DNA of 64,000 nt from Owenia fusiformis (GCA_903813345.2 CAIIXF020000001.1:16864001-16928000); one strand, 5' to 3'; shown: positions 47,841 to 60,242, counted from the stretch's first letter. Translations and numbers: made by a program. Notes: generated from the sequence alone by a model not told the origin.

Positions 47841-48462
47841 ACTCTAAATATATAATTTACAATGCAAAGATACAAGCAAACTGGATTTGAAAAATTTGGT
47901 TATAATGTACATTTTGAAAACTTGAAATGTATGTAAACAGTAACATCTATCGTACTCGCTGGATGTTATATCAAGGCAAATACAATGGATTGTAATCCAA
48001 ACCGAGAAAACATGAACCTTTTACACGACAAAAGAAATACATGAGATATTCAAAAGTTTTGGATATCGACCACTGTCATGCCTCAGTCACATTTGATCTA
48101 AGGCAACCTTACGGCGGTTTCACTGTAGTTGTTTCTGAGCACACATCAATGAGATCCCGTATATAATCTTTAATAAGCTTTTCAAAACAACATTTATATA
48201 ACACACATAACTACATGTTCTTGTATTTTTCAATTATAAATACATGTAAAAAATTTCCAGTTATAAATACATGTAAAAATATTCGCTTGATTTGAAATTT
48301 TTTGAGATTTTACAGAAAAAATCATGCAAACAATTTATTTCCAACATACAGCTTCAGTTATGAACATTTTTGGTTTGGAACAAAGACTGAACAAAGGCAC
48401 TTAATCATAAACGAAACTGCAAAAAATGTTGACGCAAAATTAAAAATCACAATGATAATATA

Positions 48463-49273
48463 CAGGGTGGGCCAAAAAATGTCACATCTTTTATTCTGCT
48501 ATATCTTCTTTATGATACATGGATTTCTGTTTTGATATTTTGGCAAGGAATCCAGCAATCAATATACAATCAATCCAAAAATGGCATAATACCTATAGCA
48601 GGGTTTGAATGAATCAAGACAATAGTGTTCATGTATAAACAAATTCTCAGAATCAAGGTAATATCTGATATTACAATTTCAGTTGTGCCATACATGTACA
48701 TCCAGATGGACATCTTAAACATTCTATCTGAGAGACATGCTATGTATGATCTATGTTTGGTCGGAAAGACTAGCAAAATCATAAAGAAAGTTTTATATTT
48801 TGTGGGCTCAATTTAGCACCTTGACATTCTTCCTTACGACAGATAAGATCTCTAAACAGCTTCCCCTGTAAAGACAGATTTTCCAAATCCCTCTTTCTTA
48901 GTACTGAATTAATTCTTTATCCATCTTATGTCTTATGACACTTCTAATTTTCCATTTTTGTCTGGAAATAATTTCAGAATATGCTTAACACCCTAGGCTA
49001 CCCAATGACAGACTGTACAAAATATCATTTATTCTGGCACAATTTTATTTGAGTCATTTCTAACATCAGTGTAAAATCAAGCTTTAAATACAAGTGTATA
49101 TTAAGACATCTTATGTCTGTTAACCTTTCTTATACAGGAACCCCGAAGATGTCATTTCAGAAAGAATTGCAGAATAAGACCCTTGCATCTTAATCCCACA
49201 TATTTCTAAAATATATGAATTATTAAAAAGGTATTACCAAATAAAAGATCAGGACATGTTTTGGTTCACCCTG
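48463..49273. mobile_element. Non-autonomous Tc1/mariner element
   Basis: TA|CAGGGTGGGCCAAAAAATGTC ... GACATGTTTTGGTTCACCCTG|TA; the TIR similarity extends several tens of bp inward. Confidence 0.7.
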
Positions 49274-49782
49274 TAGTCTGATTGAATAATCTTGTTTGTT
49301 TGCCATTTTACGGTCAGAATTTTGTATTACAAAACTGAACAATTTTGTTCCAAACCAAAAATCTACACAAGCTCCAGATGGCATGAACAAAAATATAATT
49401 CATAATATTATAACGATAACGAAACAACAACGTAAACAATGAAAACATAAATTTTAACACAGTCAACTAGAATTTTAACAGATAAAAAACATACAGTTTT
49501 TTTTTTATAAATTTCAACATTTAGAAAATACAAAATATAAAGTTTGTAAAACCTACTTTTACTTTCTCATATGTTGCTATACAACCTTAAGATTTAATTT
49601 TCTGTTAGCTATTTAATCTTAGTGTTCAAACAACAGTAGATACTGGCCAAAACATTATTTTTTTTTTTTTTTAATACAGCATACATGTATTTAAAAATGG
49701 GAAGAAGACTGAAGTGACTCTCCTTTCAAAACCAATGTTTTAGCTTGTGACTAGTCAATATTTTATCCTGTGTCATGTAATG

Positions 49783-50003
49783 CATCCTCCTAAGCAGGTA
49801 TCCAGAATCCGTACTTCCTTCTTCCCCCTGATATAACCAATTTGGAAGCGCCCGATTAAACTGAATCACGTGATCTAATTATGCGCAATGACTTATACAT
49901 GATTTCTGTTGCAGTGTTGCGACAGCCAATCAGATTGCGAGTTCTTAATCAGGGAAATGCTAACTGCTTATTCTGGATTTTGAAATCCTGTGATTGGAGG
50001 ATA
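49783..50003. mobile_element. MITE with an 8-9 bp target duplication, superfamily unassigned
   Basis: CATGTAATG|CATCCTCC ... GGAGGATA|CATGTAATA; internal IRs TCCAGAAT/ATTCTGGA and CCCTGAT/ATCAGGG. Confidence 0.6.
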
Positions 50004-50663
50004 CATGTAATATGTATGATCTACCATATGTTGGAAAATGTTCCTTTCAATTTCTATTGAATTAAAAAGGTACAGGCACAAAGTTAAGAGTAAGTTTTGG
50101 AAAATTGGCACAATATACATATTACATAATAACAATTATTTATAACACATAACAAATTTTTTTATACAAATGTCCATTGAAACTAACACATCTCTGATTT
50201 GGCAATTTGTCTCCAAGTATCTTTTAATCAAAGGTAGAATTAGATGGTGGGCTTTAAAAAAAAGTTGTTTCAATCTCAAATATGTTTGGCTCATATCACT
50301 CCTTGTCAAGTCTATTTTCTAAAAATCCCCAAAGTGCATACTTAATTGCAGGCAAACTAAAGATTTTTACAATATTGTATTATTTTTTTCTAAATGTGAT
50401 TGGCGTTTTTTTTTAAATTTGAGTGAATATAAACATTTTCACTCACTTTTGCACTTTGAATCTTTGATAACTTCCCCAATTTGTAACATATTGCTGATCT
50501 CTTTTGGAAGATATTGTATTTTAGATTGTAAGGAATATATTGGTTGATCAATAGCACATGTTTGGAATTTTGTCACCCTGATTCTGCCTTTAAAGGTAGC
50601 AATCTTGTATATCAAATGAACAAAATAAACAACACAACATTTAAAATAAAAAAAACAAAGCAA

Positions 50664-50908
50664 ACAAGACATCTTAAAAAGATGACAAAATGTTACCACC
50701 TGATTTACAGCTGTTGCAAATTGTTACAGAAATGTAACAATTTATTACAGATGCTGAACATGAATTGTTGAATACTGATGTCAGTCACATAAATTGATAG
50801 GTTAACTCATTTGTCACCTCTTCTTGGTGGTGTCTGTCACCTCTTCTTGGTGGTTTCTGTCACCTCTTCTTGGTGGTGTCTGTCACCACCTCTTGGTGGT
50901 GACATAAA
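50664..50908 (-). mobile_element. Mini-HINE family D, diverged, with a 23-bp unit amplified in tandem (50812-50900)
   Basis: GGTGGTGACATAAA 5' end on -, CAAAATGTTACCACCTG 3' subTIR; TGTCACCTCTTCTTGGTGGTKTC x3. Confidence 0.5.
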
Positions 50909-51137
50909 TTAAAATTTGTGAATATCTACTGCAAATTAATAATAATGAAACTGACGAGATGTTCACACTGCAAAAGCAAAACTGTTCAAGCCTTTCACAA
51001 AGACAAACTGTATATACAACCTAAATCTGGAATATAACAAGCGATATACTACAGTTAAATTATTGTACTCTGCAGTGTGACTTCTGATATTTCACAGAAG
51101 AATGTACCATCATATATTTGGATACAGCATGGGCATA

Positions 51138-51322
51138 CAGTAAAACCTGTATATCTGAACACTTCTCTTGTTTGAATACCTTTTCATGTGAACACTGTTT
51201 TTCAGTCCCATTTTTCAATCTGCCATGGACTACCATTTTAAAAAACTTAGAAATGTGAACACATGTCAACGTGAACACTTTCGGCCAGTAATGGTAGCAT
51301 TCGAATTAAACAGGTTTTACTC
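51138..51322. mobile_element. Tc1/mariner(pogo)-type MITE with the same TIR but a different interior
   Basis: TA|CAGTAAAACCTGT ... ACAGGTTTTACTC|TA. Confidence 0.62.
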
Positions 51323-51937
51323 TATCAACATTTATTTTCACATTTCTTATAGAGTTTGTCAAATATATTTATATCATACAAGCATTTATTGAAAGCAAGA
51401 GAAGAAAGCGACCTAAGTCACCAAGAGTTCTGCATTCGCTGTTTGTACAATTTTTTTCTCAGTGAGGCAAGATTCCACTTCAATTCATCGATATTCTGTT
51501 CTGCCATGAAATTAAATGAGATCACGATATGAATCAATCTTACGTACTCTTGGTGCACTCTTAATTGTCAAAAATCTGCAATTTGCACAAATATTGCTTC
51601 TGTTAGTTTAGACTTCCAATTCTAAGCACAAATATATACTTTGCTACTGACCTTATTTTCTAGTCTAGATACGAGCCTTTGCCCCCCCCCCCCCCAGTAC
51701 ACACCTCCACACCTCCCTCTGTGAGAAGTTTTCATACCTGTGTCATCAATCAGTGGGAGATGAGGGTGAAGTCAAAGGTCAAAGGGGCTTGTAGCTAGAC
51801 ATATTTACATACAGATCCCTCAAGGAAATAAGCTTCCAAATCTCGATTTACAAACTGTATATTCCTTATTTATACATTGCACAAGTTTATTTCTTATGCA
51901 AGCAAAAATGTCCAAACTATTTCACTCAAATCTCTAC

Positions 51938-53082
51938 TCAGACCCTGTAGTAGAGAATAAACGATTTAAGTGGTTGGGGTATAGGTAACATGTCCACTTT
52001 CTCAGCCATATAAGTTTTCATGGAGGGAGACAGAGATGTACACATGACCTCTGTACTCCTTATCTCAGCCACATCATCAATCTCTTCCTCCGATATGTCC
52101 TCGATAAATGGAATACAAGATGGCTTCAATGTCTTCATTGTGTCTTTCTTATGACTGGTATTTACACATGGAGTTGTTTCTGAGCTCTCAGGCTCAATCG
52201 TGTCCATTGCATTGTCTTCAACTCGTGGAGTTTTCCTCTTATTTTGTTTAACTTGGCGAGGCCTTATAGCACTACCATCATCACTATCATCAATGTCTGA
52301 TGTATGCATTTCACTGTTTTGTACATGTATATCGACCTCACACTTAGTAGCTTTTGGACCTTTGCGTCCATTTGTTTTAATTTCACCATTTCCTCCATTT
52401 TTTCCATTCGAGCCGAGAACATCTTTTAACTCACATGCTTTTTCTTCAATTGAACTACCAGGCTTTACATCATTAGAGCCATTTGGCTTTACATCATTTG
52501 ACCCATTCAGCTTAACATCATTTTTACCATTACGCTTAAGAATTTTAGGTTTAGGAAGTGCACATTGCACTGCATTATCAACCACATTCATGTCTTTCAT
52601 AGGTTCGTCTTCCTCCTCAATCTCGATGTTGCCCTCCATGGAGGATACCGTTGTTCCTCTTTCTCGATTAGAATGACGCCCCAAGAACTCCTCTACACTA
52701 CAACATTCCCTTCCATCATCATCTTCGGCTGTATGTTCTGATTCATCAGCTTGCGTTTCTCTCTGTTCGCGTTGGCGTCTCCTCTCGCTATGCAGAAACT
52801 CTTCCAAAGTACACATCTCGCGGCCATCTCCACCATCCATACAGTCATCATTGGAGGATTCATTGTTAGTCTCCTCATCACGGTCGCTATCATACTGGCC
52901 CATTATCATCATTCCCATGGGCATAGGCATGATGCTCACCCCCCGAGATCTACCACGGGTTTTGCGCTTTCCACAAGTTTTCTTCTTAGATATTTCTGGG
53001 TGTTCTTTGGTGATGTTGTCTCGAAGAATGCTACGTATTGTAGACCTGCAACACTCCTGGAGACTCAGCACATTCACCTCAG
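51938..53082 (-). CDS. PCMTD1: PCMTD1/2 last coding exon: BC-box (SLQECCRSTIR), long insert, cullin box (LPIPQPLKSFILYYR)
   Basis: ttcttcag| acceptor phase 1; split SOCS-box motifs at the two ends of ORF 51938-53077. Confidence 0.92.
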
Positions 53083-53175
53083 CTGAAGAACATTATATAT
53101 ACATTCATTATTATAGGATTTCAGTAGATTTATTTTGACAGAGATGGATGATTTTATACCTCAAGACCTATGTAG

Positions 53176-53285
53176 ACAAGGCATTAACATGCAAAATATC
53201 ACCACCAACTGTCAACTGCCAAACACAAACAACCAAACACCATCCACAAAAAAATATATCACTACTACTGGTGGTGACATAAAAA
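53176..53285 (-). mobile_element. Mini-HINE family D
   Basis: ACAAGGCATTAACATGCAAAATATCACCACC ... GGTGGTGACATAAAAA. Confidence 0.7.
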
Positions 53286-53942
53286 GACACTACATGTTTT
53301 TCAAAGGCAATGTTAGTAAAGAGCACTAATCCTACCGAGAAGCAAAATGTGAATCAACTTCACACAAATGATTTTACAGATATCAACTGAATATGACATT
53401 CTACAAGCTAACAGCATGACTAATTGTTCAATGCATTGCATTTAGCAATACAACATAATTGGCACAGCTGGGTACATTACAGTTATATTTTAATTCCAAA
53501 CATCTGTGCACTGCTAAGAACACAGTATTTTGATGCTATCATTTACAACAATGCTTTCTTCGAATAGATTATTAAGTCAAATACTATCATAGGTAAACAA
53601 AGCTACTGTATCAAGGGTTTTCTTACAATAAGCTATTATATTGTGATTATTTATGCACTAGTTTTTGGCGAAGGGCCCCAACAAAGTGGACTGAGCCATT
53701 CGTTCTATGGACCAAAGTTTGACTAGTCACGTGACCAAATTCCGCCATTATTACCTTATATGGCAAATCATCAAGGCAATGATCACGACATCATATGTTG
53801 GGATTAAGCTAAAAATCACACTTGATTCACCGTTGATTAAATTCCTTGTGCAAAATTTGCAATATATATACTGAAGAGCTTTACATGGGTCCTTTAATGT
53901 AATTTGTATTCCTCTTCATGCATATCATATATCTACACTTAC

Positions 53943-54060
53943 GCAATGAGACAGTTTCTGTCAGTTGTTTCTCCTGGGGTATTATCAGAGAGGCAAATGA
54001 CACAGGGAGCACATTTTTCTTTTCCCAAGTGGTTTCTCCTGTTCGCGTGATCTGCAGCAA
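53943..54060 (-). CDS. PCMTD1: PCMTD1/2 coding exon 3 (LLQITRTGETTWEKKNVLPVSFASLIIP)
   Basis: Conserved VSFA motif; atttcag| and C|GTAAGT. Confidence 0.93.
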
Positions 54061-54277
54061 CTGAAATATATGAAAAAACAATGAATAAAATGAATTTTGA
54101 TGTACATATAATCATACTAAACAAGATATTTGAGCACCTTTAAAATTTAGCTGTTTCCTTGATATTGCATAAAGGTAATTATACTTATAATTTTCTTTCA
54201 ACTTTATGCTTTATCTGACTCTGGATTGTTTTGAGTTTTTGTAATATTGCCAATTGTGGCGTCTTACGACTACATAA

Positions 54278-54426
54278 CAAATCATTAAATGGAAAATGTC
54301 ACCCTGCCTGCCATTTGTTACAGCTGCTGGCTGCCAAATGTCAAACACTGTCCACAAAAAGGTTGGAGACAATAACAATATGTCACCACTTCCAGTTGTG
54401 CCATGCCACTTTTGGTGGTGACATAA
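54278..54426 (-). mobile_element. Mini-HINE family D
   Basis: AAAATGTCACC..CTGCCATTTGTTACAG ... GTTGGAGAC ... GGTGGTGACATAA. Confidence 0.7.
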
Positions 54427-54467
54427 CAATAAAGTCAACAAACAAAATGAAACATGATCAAAATTAC

Positions 54468-54742
54468 CTGGTCATTTAAAGGCATGACAAGCACACCATT
54501 AACCTTAATCAGGTTTTTCATGTAGTTTTCATGTTCTGGGGGACACGCTGCTCCACAGTACACCCTGTCATATAAGGGACAATCTGAAGCCAGTAATAGG
54601 CAGTTGCCACACACGAAGCTTGGTTCGCAAAATTCAAATTCGTCAAAACTTTGGCACTTTTTCTTGAAGTCTTCAAGTTTTTCTTGCGCATATTCAACCA
54701 CGTCTTTGTGAATCTCAATTCCATGGTTGATACCGTATGCTC
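54468..54742 (-). CDS. PCMTD1: PCMTD1/2 coding exon 2 (GINHGIE...FCEPSFVCGNCL...YDRVYCGAACP...LVMPLNDQ)
   Basis: PCMT-fold motifs; tttcag| and CAG|GTAATT. Confidence 0.95.
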
Positions 54743-55039
54743 CTGAAACATATCGAAGATCATTCAATTTTCTATTTAGAGAATGAGGTTGGGGTTAAAA
54801 GTAGGTCACAATTTTCTCATTTTTCATACAATTTATAAACCAAATATTCTACACACTTTTTTCAAGGTACATTACTCAAGGTACACACTCTTTGTGCAAA
54901 ACTGAAAAATGTTGACAATGTGGGGAAGGAGGAGTCCATTTGAAATTTGAAAAGTAACATGTGACTCTATGAGGATTGCATCAAAATACAACATAAACAT
55001 TGACCTTAACTCTACTTCTTGAAATGTATATACCAGTTA

Positions 55040-55381
<342 letters not shown>

Positions 55382-55648
55382 TCAAGGCCTGTGGTTTAGG
55401 AAATATGTGATGTTGTGGGGCCTAAGTTGAGAGGCCTTTGCGAGTATACCCTCAGTTTATGCAGTTTTAAGATGGCTTATGTTGACAGGCCTAAATGATT
55501 AAGTCACGTGTTAAGAGTCCTGTTGAGGTACAATCTTTCTCATTGCCTAACACTTATATCCAACACTTTAAGGAGACTGCCTTCTGTATGAAATAATTAA
55601 AGTCAGCAGGGAGACTACCTGGAAAACAAAGACATTATTACATGTACA

Positions 55649-55722
55649 TTAAAGAAGCAGCAAAGAATATACATATGTACTACATATGTACTACATATGT
55701 ATATTCTTTGCTGCTTCTTTAA
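55649..55722. repeat. 74-bp palindrome with perfect 31-bp arms
   Basis: TTAAAGAAGCAGCAAAGAATATACATATGTA-C-TACATATGTA-C-TACATATGTATATTCTTTGCTGCTTCTTTAA. Confidence 0.92.
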
Positions 55723-55813
55723 ATATTATGTAGATTACAAAATGTTGGAAGAAATTTTCAGACAAATGTGTCCCTCACCATTAAAATTCAATATCTCTGT
55801 ACAATATATAATT

Positions 55814-56107
55814 TTATTGTATAATCTGTTAAATGAAGCTCTCTGATTGGTCATTTCTTCTGCAGTACTAATCTGTATTGCTAATGAGATTGTCCCCTAC
55901 CTTGTATTGGTATGGGATTGATCATCTCTGTAACAATACAGAAAATACTGGTAGGGAGGTGACAATCTCAGAGCAAGTCAGAATATCTCCTAGGGATTAT
56001 CTCTTAAGTAAAATGTAAGATCACAGGATAACTCGACTTCATCTCGTGCTAATACAGAATTTCTTGAGTGCAATATATCCTGTATTGCACTTTAAATCAT
56101 TCAATAA
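55814..56107. mobile_element. Degenerate hairpin/IR element (TTATTGTATAAT...ATCATTCAATAA)
   Basis: Terminal IR, internal GAGATTGTC/GACAATCTC IR and GTGCAATATATCCTGTATTGCAC stem. Confidence 0.45.
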
Positions 56108-57409
56108 CTTATTATATATTAAATAATAAAATAACTTATGAGCAGAAATATTTAATTTCTTTTAAAGTAATTTAGGGCCCATAGAAATAAGACTCATTTT
56201 CAAATTAAATTCAAATTAATGACTTTGTGACTTAATTTCAAATTATGTCACAAAGAAATGCGAAGATCCCAAAATTCATATGTTATATTAGTGTGATATT
56301 TGATTACAATATTGATGCACAGTGAGATTAAAGACTTAACTATAACACTATGCAACTGATATATCAATAAAACTTCATCTCAGCTTAATGTTTCATGGAG
56401 GTCGACATAACATAAACAGGATGTAAATAATTGTGTTTATTTACTAAAGCTCAAAGCCAAACAATAGTTATCCCAAAACTCTAATATGAGGTTGAAGTGA
56501 GATAACCCTCGTAAAGAAAGGTTGGATGCTAGGAGGGGGTTATCATTATAGTGACATTACATAATCTAATAACACATTGAAATCTATTCACAAAATATAA
56601 CTTTAATGTCAAAGTCAGCATTTTCTCGATAAAACCAAGAGAATTTCGGAAATGGCAATAACAGGTCATATAGATATGTGGATATATATAAAATAAATCT
56701 GCATTATGATATAATAAAATTACCATTCTTAATTTGCATCCAATAATGACAGACAGATGGACAGATAATGGGACAGATCAATGAATGAACGCTTACCCAA
56801 TATCCCATCTATAGGCACACTATATGAACCAAATATTATCCGATACTAACATCATTGACCTTTCTGTACTTCAATAAATACTTATCTCAAATATGAGGTC
56901 ATATAAGTATGAATGGTAAAAACAACACTTGAGAAATAATGAATTCTAATAACAATTAAACAAATTACTTTCTGGCAAAGGCTTCTGTATGATGATCACT
57001 CTGAGATTGAGAATATTCATCTTGCACAGATAATTACTGGAGTCAATGCAGAGGAACAAAATGTAACCCAATGTTGAGAAATATGTCAATTTTAATAGTT
57101 TTTTTCAGTTGAGCCATGTTTTTTTCAAAACAGTACCAAAATAAGATGTGTTTTCATGCTATAATTCTTCTGGGGGTGAAGTGTATATAGTAGAGTGGGG
57201 AGGAAGGGGAATAGGAAAAGCTAACGAAGACTTATTCCCTTTGTCCCATATGGATATCCTGTGCAACAATCATAAAACATTAATACCCCATAACCTGTCA
57301 TTCGCAGCAGTACAGGCACTATTTTGAGGAAGAGGAAGGGGGGTTGAGAATATTCATAAATATGCATGGTAATATCAGTCATGCTCTAGATGCTATATCT
57401 AAGGCTTAA

Positions 57410-57805
57410 ATTCTGGACTCAGTGCATTGTGGACTGATTATTCCTAAAAAAGTTCTTGTTTCAACCTTTGAACGAGACTCGCAGAATCAAGTGAATTAAA
57501 TTTAGGAAACAGCATATGAGTGGAATGAATCAGCCCATTGAGTCTTGGGTTTAAATTCTTTTCACACACTGCCAAATATTTTCTATGAAACACCTAAAAG
57601 ATATGAAATCACTAAAAGAACAAATTTTCAATGAACCTTTTCGCAAGCGTCAAGCTGGCAAAGTATCAATTTCAATCAGTAGAGTCAAGTTGTCACCTTG
57701 ATAACCATTCAACAAATGACCTTGGATGGATTGTTGGTTATATAATGCAATGCAGTTATATGAAATAGCTTGTTTGGATTGGAATCAGACACATCTTGCC
57801 TAGCT
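57410..57805 (-). repeat. Dispersed repeat family E
   Basis: Reverse complement of 58376-58775 and 32690-33030. Confidence 0.75.
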
Positions 57806-58375
57806 ATGTGGGAATTCAGATTAACCCAGTCGCCTTCACTCAAATGAATTGAACTTAACTCAATGTCTTCTTGATCAGGAAATTCCACAGACAGCTGTCT
57901 AATCTGTTGATGTACTAGAGTATATGTCTTTTATTAGACTATATGAGAAGGAATTCTGAACAACACAATAGTAGATACTGTCAACAAAATGACTTCCAAA
58001 CAGGACCAATCTCATAAGAAATTGATTGAAGATAACAACAATATTGGATTTCTATTTTCTCAATGCCTTCTAAATGTTACATTTAATTTGGGTGAAGACC
58101 TCAAGATATTAATTAACCCCCTCCCCAAGAGACCAAAACAATAAAATATTATTTATCATATTTTGAGTGTCAATTATCATTTCAATTGTGATTTTTCTAT
58201 ATTTCTGAATTCTTCCCAGATCAATAGGTTTCGTTTTAGGTAAAATATTTTAGGTTCGCTTTTGGTAAATATGGCTCTCCCATGTTAAAATCCCATTGGT
58301 AGGTTCACTTTAGGTGATGTTCAAACATGCTAGAAATACCCATACAGGTATCAAAGAAAGTTTATTCACACACAC

Positions 58376-58775
58376 AGCTAGGCAATGACTGCAATGTGTG
58401 TCCGATTCAAGCCAATCTGAACAAAGCTATTTCATATAACTGCAGTGCAATATAAAACCAATCACCACACTCAGGGTTGATCATTGAATGGTTGTCAAAG
58501 TGACAACTAGACTACATGGATTAAAATTGATGCTTTGCCAACTTGACCCTTGCAAAAAAGTTTTATTAAAAATATGCTCTTTTAGTGATTTTGTATCTTT
58601 CAGGTGATTTTGTAGAAAACATTTTGCAATGTGTGAAAAGAATTTAAGCCCAGGACTTGATTTACCCAGGCGTTGTTTCCTAAACTTTGCTTTCCTGCTG
58701 CATGGTCATGTGAAGATTTGAAAACAACACCATCAAGAGAAATGATTCAGCACACAATGCAGTCCAGATCTTAAA
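58376..58775 (+). repeat. Dispersed repeat family E
   Basis: Colinear with 32690-33030. Confidence 0.75.
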
Positions 58776-59080
58776 TCCTTAACCCATTTTGTTCATGATG
58801 TGCTCCAGACTGTATTTATATCATGGATGCAGGCTCTAAGAATTTGATACAGAGCTTTTTCCACTTGAGTTCCACTTTATTCTTAGCAAAGCAATCTTCT
58901 TCAAATTCTCCGAGTTTGGCTCGTTTCAGCATTTCTCAAACTACATGTATATTAGTTTGCATGCATGGCGAAATATTTGGAATCAGAGATTTAGATGAAA
59001 TTGATATATTGATATGAACTAATTTTGTCCACTATTTTGGATGAGACTAGCTCCATTGAGTTACATTTAGTTATAAAGTA

Positions 59081-59363
59081 CCCAGATAGCACAACGACGT
59101 TGGGCCAACGTTGGTCCAACAGCATGCCGGCCAGTGGGCCAACAGTAGCTGCCAACGTTGGCCCAACATTGGCAGCCACCAAAGAACCAACGTTGGTCCA
59201 TTGTTGGCACAATTTACTTTTTTGTACAGCCATTGTTGGCTCCCTGGTATTAGCGGCAGCCAACGATGGGCCAACATTGGCCCAACTACAATTTGCCAAC
59301 TGCGACTATGCCAACAATGGCCACCAATAGCGACGTTGGCCCGACTTCTTTGTGCTATCTGGG
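59081..59363. mobile_element. MITE with CCCAG termini (EnSpm/CMC-like) filled with CCAACGTTGG-type palindromic repeats
   Basis: TA|CCCAGATAGCACA ... TGTGCTATCTGGG|TA, perfect TIR. Confidence 0.8.
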
Positions 59364-60116
59364 TAGTGAACCGGGGAGAGGCAAGATCCAAAATTTGGTG
59401 AGGCAAAAATCAATGAGGCAAAGTGAGGCTAAAGGAGTATAATGCTACATTTGGATTTCATTTCTACAATGTCAGTTGAAAAATGTCTGAAAAAATATTT
59501 CTGCAAAATTTTAGTAAGGCAGTTGCCTAACCTGCCTCGTGCCTGGCGATGCCCATGATCATCATGGATGGTTTAGTTGAACGATACTATAGCCATTAGC
59601 CAAAAGTTTACCAATACATCTTTAACACAATACAATATTGTTCAGGATGGCAGTACTAGCACACTATTTCTTGGATTACATGCTTCTTTCATATGGTACA
59701 TTATGCACACTGATAGGAAAGTCATCTTCGATATTTCTGTCACATGACTTTGGGACTGATATTTGGATGCGTGACCATGGGCTTCTCTTGAAAGCCCCAT
59801 GGCGTGACTCAATGATCGATGTTGCAATTTCGACTTCCTGACATTGGGTACATGTTAACATACGATATGTTGCATTACGTATTAGAAAAAGTATAAGCAT
59901 CAAATCAAACACTTTTTCGTAGTCTCAATGGTGATATCCAAGAAGGACACCCCAAAGAAAAATACATTGAACAGCTGATCAACAAATGCAGCCATTGTGA
60001 ATTTGATCTGAAAAATCTGCAATAACACTCCAGAATATCAGCTTTAAAAGCCATTTGATTGATGGAAATGCTATGCAAACTTGAAGATACTTATGCATTT
60101 AAACGGCATCACTTAC

Positions 60117-60190
60117 CAACTTTTATGCTCTGTGCAGGTAAGAGACGAATTCAGCTGATTTTCACAACTGCGAAATCAAAACAAATACTT
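60117..60190 (-). other. Putative non-coding first exon of PCMTD (5' end approximate)
   Basis: Perfect minus-strand donor G|GTAAGT at 60117/60116 next to CRE and ZNF143-like motifs. Confidence 0.5.
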
Positions 60191-60200
60191 CTTTAAATCC

Positions 60201-60242
60201 TGACGTCATTGAAAACATTGCAAGGGGTTATGGGTAATAGTC
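60201..60242. promoter_or_regulatory. CRE (TGACGTCA 60201-60208) plus ZNF143/Staf-like site (60218-60242) in a probable bidirectional promoter
   Basis: Minus strand GACTATTACCCATAACCCCTTGCAA resembles the SBS consensus; divergent splice donors lie on each side (60117 on -, 60492 on +). Confidence 0.5.

Noticed and set aside
52200-53138. Plus-strand ORFs antisense to the PCMTD last exon (likewise antisense ORFs over Myt1 exons 2, 6 and 11)
   Set aside because: Shadow ORFs of real coding sequence.
58991-59406. Four overlapping ~100-aa ORFs
   Set aside because: Caused by the GC-rich palindromic repeats of the CCCAG MITE.
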